From the NCBI GenBank assembly GCA_018713105.1, contig DVFT01000197.1:11383-75382 (forward strand): 64,000 nt of DNA, in the 5' to 3' direction. Position 1 is the stretch's first letter; the number at the start of each line of letters is the position of its first letter. The notes below the pieces were generated by a model, which was given only the letters and a program-made list of their open reading frames with translations, ran no database searches and was not told where the DNA came from. This DNA comes from Candidatus Limivivens merdigallinarum (GTDB taxonomy: Bacteria > Bacillota > Clostridia > Lachnospirales > Lachnospiraceae). Shown here one piece after another: positions 48,530 through 58,431 of the stretch. Position numbers and translations under genes: made by a program.

Positions 48530-49447
48530 ATGAACCAGGAAATCAACTTTCCGCATCTTGGAATTTATCTGGACCATGTAGGAAGGGGCATTTCCGTCTT
48601 TGGATTCGAGATCGCATACTATGGGATCACCATTGCCATTGCCCTGCTCTCAGGAATGGCGCTCGCCTTCCATGTGGCAAAAAAGACCGGGCAGAAGGTG
48701 GATGACTATTACGATATGGCGATCATCGGCATTATCGTTTCCCTTGTGGGAGCCAGGCTCTACTATGTGATTTTTTCCTGGGATTTATACAAAGACGATC
48801 TTTTGAGTATCTTCAACACAAGACAAGGCGGCATGGCAATCTATGGCGGTGTCATTGCCGCAGTAATCACTATGGTGGTATTCAGCAAGGTCAAGAAGAT
48901 CCGGTTCGGGCTGCTGGCGGACACCGTCAGCGTCGGGCTGGTGCTTGGCCAGATCATCGGCAGGTGGGGGAATTTCTTCAACCGGGAAGCCTTTGGCGGC
49001 TATACCGATTCGCTGTTTGCCATGCAGCTTCCGCTGGATGCAGTACGCCAAAGCGAAGTGACGGCTGAGATGATGGACCATCTGGTCCAGAGGGGCGGAG
49101 TGGACTTTATCCAGGTCCATCCTACCTTTCTCTATGAGTCGTTGTGGAACACGGGCGTTCTGACCATACTTTTACTTATGACAAAAAGAAAAAAGTTTCA
49201 CGGAGAAATCTTCCTTCTGTACCTGGGAGGGTATGGACTGGGAAGAGCCTGGATTGAAGGGCTTCGGACCGATCAGCTTCTGATCCCGGTCTTGGGATGG
49301 CCCGTCTCACAGGTATTGGCGATTGTACTGGCTGCAGTATCCGCGGCGCTTTTGGTCTGGAAGTTCAGAAATCTATCAAACAAGTCTTTACAGAAAGGAA
49401 AAGGTGAGCGGAATGAACAGAAAGGAAAATTTGAAAATGGAGATTGA
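48530..49447 (+). CDS. lgt: Prolipoprotein diacylglyceryl transferase
   Basis: GARLYYV, GGMAIYGG, GRWGNFFNRE, HPTFLYES. Confidence 0.95.
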   Translation: MNQEINFPHLGIYLDHVGRGISVFGFEIAYYGITIAIALLSGMALAFHVAKKTGQKVDDYYDMAIIGIIVSLVGARLYYVIFSWDLYKDDLLSIFNTRQGGMAIYGGVIAAVITMVVFSKVKKIRFGLLADTVSVGLVLGQIIGRWGNFFNREAFGGYTDSLFAMQLPLDAVRQSEVTAEMMDHLVQRGGVDFIQVHPTFLYESLWNTGVLTILLLMTKRKKFHGEIFLLYLGGYGLGRAWIEGLRTDQLLIPVLGWPVSQVLAIVLAAVSAALLVWKFRNLSNKSLQKGKGERNEQKGKFENGD

Positions 49448-49565
49448 GAGGGAACGCAAGAAATTGGATGAGCTGACACTGGGCACGGATCTTAGTGCTG
49501 TGTATGAGCAGAGCTTGGTGGTAGACCGGCTGGTGGAGGAATATCTGGAATTGACCACCATTTGA
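49413..49565 (+). CDS. Spo0E-like small protein (50 aa)
   Basis: RBS AAGGTG; IE-x2-R-x2-L ... S-x3-D-x-L-x3-Y two-helix pattern; followed by terminator at ~49593-49629. Confidence 0.65.
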   Translation: MNRKENLKMEIERERKKLDELTLGTDLSAVYEQSLVVDRLVEEYLELTTI

Positions 49566-49770
49566 GGATCTTTAGGGAGAGAATTACGAAAGAAAAGGAG
49601 AGACTTCGGGCTAACCGGAGTCTTTTTTTGTGTATTTTTTGGAAGAAATTGGGACAGCTCCCCACTTTGCGCCAAAATCTGGATAAATGGCGCAGTTGTG
49701 CGGATTCTTAAGAAAATTAATAGGATTTGGGGGTTGTTTTTTGAGGGGAAATGAGATATTATTAATGCAT

Positions 49771-49820
49771 AAGTGGTAGAAAGTGGTGGAAAGTGGTATA
49801 GGATGGTTCCTAAGTGGTTC
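49771..49820 (+). promoter_or_regulatory. MraZ binding repeats
   Basis: GTGG at 49773, 49783, 49793, ATGG at 49803, GTGG at 49814 (~10-bp period). Confidence 0.85.
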
Positions 49821-49891
49821 CATTGACGCAAACCCATCGCGAGATACGGATTAGGACGTGACCCGTATCTTTCAGAAAGAAGGTGCGTCAT

Positions 49892-50329
49892 ATGTTTATG
49901 GGAGAGTATAATCATACGATCGATGCAAAAGGCAGACTGATTATCCCTTCAAAATTCCGCGAAGGACTGGGAGAGGAATTCGTGGTGACCAAAGGGTTGG
50001 ATGGCTGCTTATTTGTATTTCCCAACGACGAATGGCACGCTTTTGAAGAAAAACTGAAAGCTTTACCACTTACCAATAAGAACGCCAGACAGTTTGCCCG
50101 CTTTTTTGTAGCGGGAGCAACGCCCTGTGAACTGGACAAGCAGGGGAGAGTTCTCTTGCCGGGAACGTTGAGAGAATTTGCTGGTTTGGATAAAGACGTG
50201 GTACTGACCGGTATGCTGAACAGGATCGAGGTATGGAGCAAGGCCAAGTGGAATGAGAACAACTGCCTTGATGATTCGGCAATGGACGAAATTGCAGAGC
50301 AGATGACAGATTTAGGTCTTAGCATATAG
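49892..50329 (+). CDS. mraZ: Division/cell wall cluster repressor
   Basis: [20 protein letters not shown]. Confidence 0.97.
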   Translation: MFMGEYNHTIDAKGRLIIPSKFREGLGEEFVVTKGLDGCLFVFPNDEWHAFEEKLKALPLTNKNARQFARFFVAGATPCELDKQGRVLLPGTLREFAGLDKDVVLTGMLNRIEVWSKAKWNENNCLDDSAMDEIAEQMTDLGLSI

Positions 50330-50344
50330 TCAGGGGAGGACAAT

Positions 50345-51283
50345 ATGGAATTTCAACACAAATCTGTACTGCTTGATGAATGCATGGAAGCCTTGAATAT
50401 CAAACCGGACGGGATTTACGTAGACGGCACACTGGGCGGCGGCGGACATTCCTATGAGATCTGCCGCAGACTGTCAGAAAAAGGGAGACTCATCGGCATC
50501 GACCAAGATGAAGATGCCATCGAGGCTGCTAAAGCGCGCTTAGGGGAGTTTAAAGATAAAGTTACGGTCATACGCAGCAACTACTGCGATATGAAGAGAG
50601 AACTGAACAGCAGAAACATTGCAGCAGTAGACGGAATTCTTTTGGATTTGGGAGTTTCCTCCTACCAACTGGACAATGCGGAACGCGGATTCACGTATCG
50701 CGAAGATGCGCCTCTGGACATGAGAATGGATCAGAGACAGCAAAAGACGGCAAAGGACATTGTGAACGGGTACAGCGAGATGGAGCTGTACCGGATCATC
50801 CGGGATTACGGGGAAGAAAAGTTCGCAAAGAATATTGCCAAGCATATTGTGAATGCCAGAAAAGAAAAAGCATTGGAAACAACTGGGGAGTTAATTGATG
50901 TGATAAAAGCGGCGATTCCCATGAAGGTCCGCCAGGTAGGGGGACACCCGGCCAAAAGAACGTTCCAGGCAATCCGCATCGAACTGAACAGGGAGCTGGA
51001 GGTACTCTCCGAATCCCTTGGAGATATGATCGATCTTCTGAATGATGGGGGGCGTATCGCCGTGATCACCTTCCACTCGCTGGAAGACCGAATTGTGAAG
51101 AACATATTCCGTGAGCAGGAAGATCCCTGCATCTGCCCAAAGGACTTTCCGGTCTGCGTGTGCGGCAGGAAGCCCAAAGGCAGGGTGATCACGAGAAAGC
51201 CGATCGTGCCGGGAGAAGAAGAGCTTCTGTCGAACCGTCGGGCAAAGAGCTCAAAACTTCGCGTTTTTGAGCGGATCAGGTAA
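50345..51283 (+). CDS. rsmH: 16S rRNA m4C1402 methyltransferase
   Basis: [36 protein letters not shown]. Confidence 0.97.
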   Translation: MEFQHKSVLLDECMEALNIKPDGIYVDGTLGGGGHSYEICRRLSEKGRLIGIDQDEDAIEAAKARLGEFKDKVTVIRSNYCDMKRELNSRNIAAVDGILLDLGVSSYQLDNAERGFTYREDAPLDMRMDQRQQKTAKDIVNGYSEMELYRIIRDYGEEKFAKNIAKHIVNARKEKALETTGELIDVIKAAIPMKVRQVGGHPAKRTFQAIRIELNRELEVLSESLGDMIDLLNDGGRIAVITFHSLEDRIVKNIFREQEDPCICPKDFPVCVCGRKPKGRVITRKPIVPGEEELLSNRRAKSSKLRVFERIR

Positions 51284-51311
51284 CCAGTAATCAGCAACGA
51301 AAGGGAACAGG

Positions 51312-51854
51312 ATGGGAAATCAAAGAGATCCGAGATACGGATACTACCAGAGAACATATATTGAAGGAAATACAGTCCGCAAGCTGCATGATACCCAGGC
51401 GGTTCCCCAGGAGCTGCCGGATGACCAGAGAGAGTACAGGCGCCCTGCCCCGAGAAGGGAGAGCAGCGTCAGAGCCAGAGAAGGGCAAAACGCAAGGAGA
51501 GCTGTCAAGGCGAGAACCAGGAGACGTGCCATCCAGATGAATTTCGGCTATGTGGCATTCCTGACCGGGGCGGCAGCGATGAGTGTGTTTATCTGCGTGA
51601 ATTTCCTTCAGCTCCAGGCAAGAAATACCTCATTGCAGAAGGAGATCATCAGCCTTGAGAGCCAGTACAGCGAGCTGAAGCTTTCCAACGACGATGCCTA
51701 TGCCAGGGCGGTATCTTCTGTGGATCTGGAAGAGATCCGGGATATAGCGATTAACGAGCTTGGCATGGTCTATGCCAAGGAAGGACAGATCATCACATAT
51801 GACAGCGAGACGGAGGACTATGTCAGACAGTATGAGGAAGTCCCGCAGGAATAA
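51312..51854 (+). CDS. FtsL-like cell division protein
   Basis: Cytoplasmic N-terminus, one TM, coiled coil, A-ELGM motif; position between rsmH and pbp. Confidence 0.75.
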   Translation: MGNQRDPRYGYYQRTYIEGNTVRKLHDTQAVPQELPDDQREYRRPAPRRESSVRAREGQNARRAVKARTRRRAIQMNFGYVAFLTGAAAMSVFICVNFLQLQARNTSLQKEIISLESQYSELKLSNDDAYARAVSSVDLEEIRDIAINELGMVYAKEGQIITYDSETEDYVRQYEEVPQE

Positions 51855-51858
51855 ATAG

Positions 51859-54111
51859 GTGAAGAAATTGACAGAAAGAAGAAAGAAAAGAAAACAACGA
51901 TTTAACCGGCAAATGCAAATAAAGCTCCTGGCTGTATTTGCATTTGTTTTATTCGTCCTAGTCGGACTGAATGTGTACATTGCATATATCAACATCAAGA
52001 GCGGGGACAAGTACGCCAGGCAGGTATTGTCCCAGGAATATTATGACAGCCGGACCATCCCCTACCGGAGAGGAGAAATCCGTGACCGGAACGGGAATGT
52101 GCTGGCGAGAAGCGAAAAGGTCTATAATGTGATTCTGGACTGCTATGCAGTCAATGAGGATCAGGAAAATTATATGGAGCCGACAGTCCGGGCACTGGCG
52201 GAATATTTCAATTTGGACGAGGCGGAAATGAGAAGCCTGATTACCGCTGAGGATACCAAGGAAAGCCGTTATCAGATCCTTGTACAGGAGATCAGCCAGG
52301 AGGAAAAGGATGCCTTTGAGGAGGGGACGGACAGTTCGGCGGAAGGGCTTTCCGATGCGGAAAAGGAGGAGCGCAGCAACGTCCAGGGAGTCTGGTTTGA
52401 GGAGGATTATCAAAGGATTTATCCGATGGATACCCTTGCCAGCAGCGTAGTAGGATTTTCCAATGACCTGAACGATGGAATCGCCGGTCTTGAAGCTTAC
52501 TACAGCGACGTACTGAACGGGGTAAACGGCAGGGAATACGGCTACCTGAATGAAGATTCCGAACTGGAGAGAAATATCATCGAGCCGGAGAACGGAAACA
52601 ACCTGGTTACCTCCATTGATATGAATATTCAGCAGATCGTGGAAAAATACATCGCACAATTTGATGCAGAACATGCCGGAGGTCCTGTGGAAGAAGCCAA
52701 CGGCAAGGGAAGCGTCAACACCGCAGTGATCGTCTCCAACCCAAATACCGGAGAGATCTATGCCATGGCGACCAATCATGGATATGACCTGAACGATCCC
52801 TATGACATGAGCGGAAGCTACACCCAGGCAGAGCAGGATGCCATGACGGAGCAGGAAAAGTCAGATGCCTTAAATGAACTCTGGAACAATTTCTGCGTTT
52901 CCGATTCCTTTGAACCGGGATCTACGTTCAAGCCCATTACCGTCGCATCGGCTTTGGAGACAGGAGCGATCGATGAAAACGATACGTTTTACTGCGACGG
53001 CGGCGAGATGGTAACGGACCGTTACATCAGGTGTGACAATGTCAACGGTCACGGAATGCTGACGGTCAAGGAAGCCATCCAAAATTCCTGTAACGACTGC
53101 CTGATGCAGATCAGTTTTCAGCTGGGGATTGAACAATTCTGTGAGTATATCCGGCTGTTTAATTTCGGCAGCCTTACCGGGATTGATCTTCCCAATGAAA
53201 ATACCGGAGTACTCTATACGAGGGATGCGATGCACGAAGTAGAATTGGCGACGAATTCTTTCGGGCAGACGTTCACCTGCACCATGGTGCAGGAGCTTGC
53301 GGCTTTTTCCACGGTAGTAAACGGCGGGTATTATTATCAGCCACAGATGGTAAAGCAGGTTTTAAGTGAAAACGGAGGCGTGGTCAAGAGCTTTGAACCG
53401 GTCCTCCAGCGTGAGCCGATCTCTTCCAAAACCTCGGAGATCCTAAAAGAAGCTTTGGAGATGGGGGTACAGTACGGCACCAGCCGGCAGGCACAGGTTC
53501 CGGGATACCGGGTAGGAGGAAAGACGGGAACGGCGGAAAAAGGCTATCCCAGAAATCAGACCGATTACATCGTATCCTTTATCGGTGCGGTGCCGATCAA
53601 TGACCCGGAGGTCGTGATCTATGTGGTGATCGACCAGCCGAATGTGGAAAACCAGGCGGACAGCGGTCTTGCCTGTGTCCTGGCAAGACAGATCCTGATG
53701 GAGGTTCTTCCTTACATGAACATTCCGATGACGGAGGATATCACAGATGAACAGCTGGCCACTCTGGGGATCACCAGAGAGGAAGCGGAAGCTGGAAGGA
53801 TCACCGAGACCGAGGCTCCTGAGACGGATGAATACGGGAATGTCATTGAGACAGAGACGGAAGCCTCTGCCACAGAGGAGACGCCGTCCACCGATGAGTA
53901 TGGCAATGTCCTGTCCACGGAGGAGACGCCGTCCACGGACGAATATGGAAATGTCCTGGTCACGGAGGAAACGGAGGATGGGAATATAGGGGCGAACCCG
54001 GATGACCCGGTGGCTGAAAATCCCAATGTTCCTGCTCCGCCGGATGAAAACCAGGAGGAACAGCTTCCAGCCGACAGTGAGGTCACAATGGAAGACCTGA
54101 TCACCCAGTGA
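51859..54111 (+). CDS. Class B penicillin-binding protein (division type) with acidic repeat C-tail
   Basis: RGEIRDRNG, EPGSTFK (SxxK), SCN, KTGT; C-terminal TDEYGNV repeats. Confidence 0.92.
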   Translation: MKKLTERRKKRKQRFNRQMQIKLLAVFAFVLFVLVGLNVYIAYINIKSGDKYARQVLSQEYYDSRTIPYRRGEIRDRNGNVLARSEKVYNVILDCYAVNEDQENYMEPTVRALAEYFNLDEAEMRSLITAEDTKESRYQILVQEISQEEKDAFEEGTDSSAEGLSDAEKEERSNVQGVWFEEDYQRIYPMDTLASSVVGFSNDLNDGIAGLEAYYSDVLNGVNGREYGYLNEDSELERNIIEPENGNNLVTSIDMNIQQIVEKYIAQFDAEHAGGPVEEANGKGSVNTAVIVSNPNTGEIYAMATNHGYDLNDPYDMSGSYTQAEQDAMTEQEKSDALNELWNNFCVSDSFEPGSTFKPITVASALETGAIDENDTFYCDGGEMVTDRYIRCDNVNGHGMLTVKEAIQNSCNDCLMQISFQLGIEQFCEYIRLFNFGSLTGIDLPNENTGVLYTRDAMHEVELATNSFGQTFTCTMVQELAAFSTVVNGGYYYQPQMVKQVLSENGGVVKSFEPVLQREPISSKTSEILKEALEMGVQYGTSRQAQVPGYRVGGKTGTAEKGYPRNQTDYIVSFIGAVPINDPEVVIYVVIDQPNVENQADSGLACVLARQILMEVLPYMNIPMTEDITDEQLATLGITREEAEAGRITETEAPETDEYGNVIETETEASATEETPSTDEYGNVLSTEETPSTDEYGNVLVTEETEDGNIGANPDDPVAENPNVPAPPDENQEEQLPADSEVTMEDLITQ
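53872..53961 (+). repeat. 45-nt tandem coding repeat (TEETPSTDEYGNVLS/V x2)
   Basis: Direct repeat with synonymous divergence. Confidence 0.8.
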
Positions 54112-54133
54112 TGGGATTGGAAGGCATAAAGAG

Positions 54134-54179
54134 CCCCGCAAAAGCTTATACATACAAAAAGAGCTTTTGCGGGGTTTTT
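54134..54179 (+). terminator. Hairpin between the two PBP genes, covering the spoVD RBS region
   Basis: CCCCGCAAAAGCTT/GAGCTTTTGCGGGG plus TTTTT. Confidence 0.7.
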
Positions 54180-54181
54180 CC

Positions 54182-55927
54182 ATGGGAAAATTGATGACCT
54201 ACCACAAAAAGAAAATCCTGGTGGTATTCTTCTGCTTTGCGGCAGTCATCCTGGGACTGATCGGGCGGCTTGCCTATCTGATGCTGGCAGAATCCGGGTA
54301 TTACAGCGAAAAGGCGTTGGATCTCCATGAGCGGGAGAGGGATATCAAGGCAGCCAGAGGACGGATTCTGGACGCCAACGGCGTGGTGCTGGCAGACAAT
54401 CAGTCCGTGTGTACGATCTCGGTGATCCACAGCCAGATCGAAGAGCCGGAGGAGGTCATACGGGTCCTGTCAAAAGAACTTGGGATTTCAGAGGAAAAAG
54501 TGCGCCAACGGGTGGAAAAGGTGAGCTCTATGGAACGGATCAAGACCAATGTGCCGAAAGAAACAGGAGATGCCATCCGGGAATACGGTCTTTCGGGAGT
54601 CAAGGTGGACGAGGATTTCAAACGTTACTATCCCTACGGGACGCTGGCGTCCAAGGTATTAGGGTTTACGGGAAGTGACAACCAGGGAATCATAGGGCTG
54701 GAGGTGGAATACGAGGAGGTATTAAAGGGTACGGACGGAAAGATCCTGACGCTTACGGATGCCAGAGGCATAGAGCTTTCCGATGCGGGAGAGAGCCGGC
54801 TCTCCCCCGTCCCGGGAAACGACCTCTGCATCAGCCTGGACAGAAATATCCAGGAATACGCGGAGCAGGCGGCAGAGAAAGTGATGGAGCAGAAACAGGC
54901 GGACGCCGTGTCGATTCTCCTTATGAATCCCCAGAACGGGGAAATTTACGCCTGCGTCAATGTGCCGGAGTTCGACCTGAATGATCCCTTTACCCTGCCG
55001 GTGGACGACAGTGCTATGAGTGAGGAGGAAAAACAGGATGCCCTGAACCAGATGTGGAGGAACGGCAGCATCAACGACACCTACGAACCCGGTTCCACCT
55101 TCAAGATCATCACCATGGCGGCAGGGCTGGAGGAGGGGGTGGTCAGCGAGAACGATTCCTTCCACTGTCCGGGCTACATCATCGTGGAGGACAGGAGGAT
55201 CCGCTGCCATAAAGTGGGAGGACATGGCTCGGAAAATTTTGTCCAGGGCGCCATGAATTCCTGCAATCCGGTGTTCATCACTGTGGGATTGAGGCTGGGA
55301 GTGGAGAACTACTACAAATACTTCAAGCGGTTTGGCTTGATGGAAAAGACCGGGATCGACCTTCCAGGTGAGGCATCCACCATCATGCACCAAAAGGAAG
55401 CTATGGGATTGGTGGAGCTTGCCACCGTCTCCTTCGGTCAGTCCTTTCAGATCACGCCCATCCAGCTGGCTGCCACCGTGAGCTCCCTGGTCAACGGCGG
55501 CAGGAGGGTCACGCCTCATTTTGGCGTTCAGGTACAGAACCGGGAGGGGGAGCTGGTGGAGGTCCTGGAATATCCGGAAGGGGAACAGATCGTATCCGAA
55601 GAAACCTCCAGGCGGGTGGCTGCCATTTTGGAACAGGTAGTAGACGACGGATCAGGGCGAAATGCCAAAATCGAAGGGTACCACATCGGCGGCAAGACAG
55701 CCACCTCCGAGACATTGCCCCGAAGCGCAAACCGCTATATTTCTTCGTTCCTGGGCTTTGCGCCTGCGGAGAATCCCACGGTCTTAGGAATCTGCGTGAT
55801 CCATAACCCACAAGGGACGTACTACGGAGGAACCATCGCGGCGCCGGTGATCCGGGAAATTTTCGAGAACGTCCTGCCTTATCTGGGGATAGAACGGGAC
55901 GAAATTCTTCCCGAACAGACCGGGTAA
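54182..55927 (+). CDS. spoVD: SpoVD-like class B penicillin-binding protein
   Basis: RGRILD, YEPGSTFK, SCN, KTAT, YYGGTIAAP; second bPBP upstream of mraY. Confidence 0.75.
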   Translation: MGKLMTYHKKKILVVFFCFAAVILGLIGRLAYLMLAESGYYSEKALDLHERERDIKAARGRILDANGVVLADNQSVCTISVIHSQIEEPEEVIRVLSKELGISEEKVRQRVEKVSSMERIKTNVPKETGDAIREYGLSGVKVDEDFKRYYPYGTLASKVLGFTGSDNQGIIGLEVEYEEVLKGTDGKILTLTDARGIELSDAGESRLSPVPGNDLCISLDRNIQEYAEQAAEKVMEQKQADAVSILLMNPQNGEIYACVNVPEFDLNDPFTLPVDDSAMSEEEKQDALNQMWRNGSINDTYEPGSTFKIITMAAGLEEGVVSENDSFHCPGYIIVEDRRIRCHKVGGHGSENFVQGAMNSCNPVFITVGLRLGVENYYKYFKRFGLMEKTGIDLPGEASTIMHQKEAMGLVELATVSFGQSFQITPIQLAATVSSLVNGGRRVTPHFGVQVQNREGELVEVLEYPEGEQIVSEETSRRVAAILEQVVDDGSGRNAKIEGYHIGGKTATSETLPRSANRYISSFLGFAPAENPTVLGICVIHNPQGTYYGGTIAAPVIREIFENVLPYLGIERDEILPEQTG

Positions 55928-55972
55928 ACAGCCTGCAGCCGGCATATCACCCGCAGGAATCAAGGAAAGTTC

Positions 55973-56001
55973 TTGCGCAAACAGGCAAAAAGAATTATAC
56001 T
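55973..56001 (+). promoter_or_regulatory. Internal SigA promoter for mraY-murD
   Basis: TTGCGC-17-TATACT. Confidence 0.6.
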
Positions 56002-56030
56002 GTTAAAAAAAGAATACAAAGAGGTGCAAA

Positions 56031-57005
56031 ATGATAATAGGTACAGAAGTAATCGTTTCCACATTGATCCCTTTGCTGGTGGCTTTCGCAGTCAGCGTGC
56101 TGCTTGGTCCCTTTGTGATCCCCTTTCTTCGCAAGCTGAAGGTGGGGCAGACGGAGCGCAAGGAAGGAGTGCAGTCCCATCTGAAGAAGGCAGGGACGCC
56201 GACGATGGGCGGGCTGATCATCCTGATTGCTATTTTGGTGGGGGCTATTTTCTATGTGGGTTCCTATCCGAGGATCATCCCTGTGCTGTTTCTGACGCTG
56301 GGATTCGGGATTATCGGGTTTCTGGATGATTATCTGAAGGTGGTGCTGAGACGTTCTGACGGGCTCTACCCCAAACAGAAGATGCTCTGTCAGATCGTGG
56401 TGACCACGATTTTTGTCGTATACCTGATCCTGATGGATCCGGAAGGGCTTACGATCCTCATTCCATTTACCGGCCAGGTATTTGATGTGAGGTGGGTGAC
56501 GGTGCCCTTATGCTACTTTGCCGTGATCGGAACGGTGAACGGAGTGAATTTCACCGACGGCCTGGACGGCCTGGCAAGCAGCGTTACAGTGATTGTGGCA
56601 GTGTTTTTCACGGTGGTGTCCTTAGGGCTTTCCGGCGGGATCGAACCTGTCACCGCAGCGGTGACGGGAGCTCTTTTGGGCTTTTTGCTGTTTAATGTAC
56701 ACCCTGCTCAGGTGTTTATGGGAGACACCGGGTCCCTGGCGCTGGGAGGCTTTGTGGCTGGAGCGGCGTATATGCTCCGGATGCCCTGGATCATCCTGGT
56801 TGTGGGGCTTGTCTACCTGGTGGAGGTATTATCCGTCATCATCCAGGTGACTTACTTTAAAAAAACCGGTGGGAAGCGTTTCTTCAAGATGGCGCCCATC
56901 CACCATCATTTTGAACTTTGCGGCTGGTCGGAGACAAGGATCGTTGCGGTCTTTTCCATCATCACGGCGCTTCTGTGCCTGGTGGGGCTGGCACTGCTGC
57001 AGTAA
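56031..57005 (+). CDS. mraY: Phospho-MurNAc-pentapeptide transferase
   Basis: KAGTPTMGG, DDYLK, NFTDGLDGLA, FMGDTGS, APIHHHFE. Confidence 0.97.
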   Translation: MIIGTEVIVSTLIPLLVAFAVSVLLGPFVIPFLRKLKVGQTERKEGVQSHLKKAGTPTMGGLIILIAILVGAIFYVGSYPRIIPVLFLTLGFGIIGFLDDYLKVVLRRSDGLYPKQKMLCQIVVTTIFVVYLILMDPEGLTILIPFTGQVFDVRWVTVPLCYFAVIGTVNGVNFTDGLDGLASSVTVIVAVFFTVVSLGLSGGIEPVTAAVTGALLGFLLFNVHPAQVFMGDTGSLALGGFVAGAAYMLRMPWIILVVGLVYLVEVLSVIIQVTYFKKTGGKRFFKMAPIHHHFELCGWSETRIVAVFSIITALLCLVGLALLQ

Positions 57006-57020
57006 CTGGAGGACAGACAA

Positions 57021-58376
57021 ATGAATGTAACAGGAAATAAAGTATTGGTATTCGGCACCGGAAAGAGCGGCATTGGGGCAGCAGAGCTCCTCCTTAAGGC
57101 AGGGGCAGTTCCAGTGCTGTACGACGGAAACGAGGAATTGAAGGCGGAGGATATCCTTGCGAAGCTTCCCAAGGGCAGCAGGGCAGAGGTGCTGATCGGC
57201 AGGATCCCCGAGGAGACGCTTCAGGAGCTTTCTCTGGTGGTTTTAAGCCCGGGAGTACCGACAGACCTTCCGCTGGTCAGAAAATTCCGCGAAATGGGGC
57301 TTAAGATCTGGGGAGAGGTGGAGCTGGCGTATGAGTTCGGGAAAGGCGACGTGCTGGCTGTCACCGGGACCAATGGGAAGACCACGACCACCAGCCTGTT
57401 GGGCGAGATCATGAAAGCGTACCAGGATTCCGTCTTTGTGGTGGGAAATATCGGCATCCCCTACACAGAAGAAGCGCCCAAGATGCAGGAAGGATCCGTG
57501 ACGGTGGCAGAGATCAGCAGCTTCCAGCTGGAGACCATTGAACGTTTCCACCCGAAGGTGAGCGCGATTCTGAACATCACGCCGGATCATCTGAACCGCC
57601 ATCACACCATGGAGGAGTACATAAGGGTGAAGGAATCCATCACCAAAAATCAGGATGAGACGGATACCTGTGTCCTCAACTATGAGGATGAGGTCTTAAG
57701 GAGGTTCGGCGAAGGGCTGAACCTCAAGGTGATCTATTTTTCCAGCGCTGGTCCCCTTGAGGAGGGATTCTTCTATCAGGACGGCGCCATCTTCCACCGG
57801 GAAGGACAGAAGACGGAGGAAGTGGTCAAGACCGGGGAATTAAAAATTGTCGGCTTACATAATTATGAGAATGTAATGGCAGCCGCCGCCATGGCGTATG
57901 CCTACGGAGTTCCCATGGAGACCATCCGGAAAGCGGCGCTGAAGTTCAAGGCAGTGGAGCACCGGATCGAATATGTGACGGAGAAGAACGGGGTTGTCTA
58001 CTACAACGATTCCAAAGGAACCAATCCCGATGCCGCGATCAAGGGCATTGAGGCGATGGACCGACCGACCGTTTTGATCGGGGGAGGCTTTGACAAGGGT
58101 TCCTCCTACGAAGAATGGATACGGGCATTCCACGGAAGGGTGAAATACCTGGTGCTCTTGGGGGCTACCAAAGAGAAGATCGCGGCGGAAGCCAGAAAAT
58201 GCGGTTTTGACCGGATCCTGTTTGCAGACAGCCTCAAGGATGCCGTAAAGATCTCTGCCGAAAAGGCGGAGGCGGGCGATGCCGTCCTTCTGTCTCCTGC
58301 ATGTGCCAGCTGGGATATGTTCAAGAGCTATGAGGAGCGGGGGCGCCTGTTCAAACAATATGTCAATGAGCTGTAG
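57021..58376 (+). CDS. murD: UDP-MurNAc-L-Ala:D-Glu ligase
   Basis: SPGVP, TGTNGKTTT, EISSFQL, DHLNRH, NDSKGTN, SPACASWD. Confidence 0.97.
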   Translation: MNVTGNKVLVFGTGKSGIGAAELLLKAGAVPVLYDGNEELKAEDILAKLPKGSRAEVLIGRIPEETLQELSLVVLSPGVPTDLPLVRKFREMGLKIWGEVELAYEFGKGDVLAVTGTNGKTTTTSLLGEIMKAYQDSVFVVGNIGIPYTEEAPKMQEGSVTVAEISSFQLETIERFHPKVSAILNITPDHLNRHHTMEEYIRVKESITKNQDETDTCVLNYEDEVLRRFGEGLNLKVIYFSSAGPLEEGFFYQDGAIFHREGQKTEEVVKTGELKIVGLHNYENVMAAAAMAYAYGVPMETIRKAALKFKAVEHRIEYVTEKNGVVYYNDSKGTNPDAAIKGIEAMDRPTVLIGGGFDKGSSYEEWIRAFHGRVKYLVLLGATKEKIAAEARKCGFDRILFADSLKDAVKISAEKAEAGDAVLLSPACASWDMFKSYEERGRLFKQYVNEL

Positions 58377-58431
58377 CGGTATCTGTAAGATGCCAGGTGC
58401 CGGAAAGGCAAAGTGAGAGAGGAGAGGAGCT

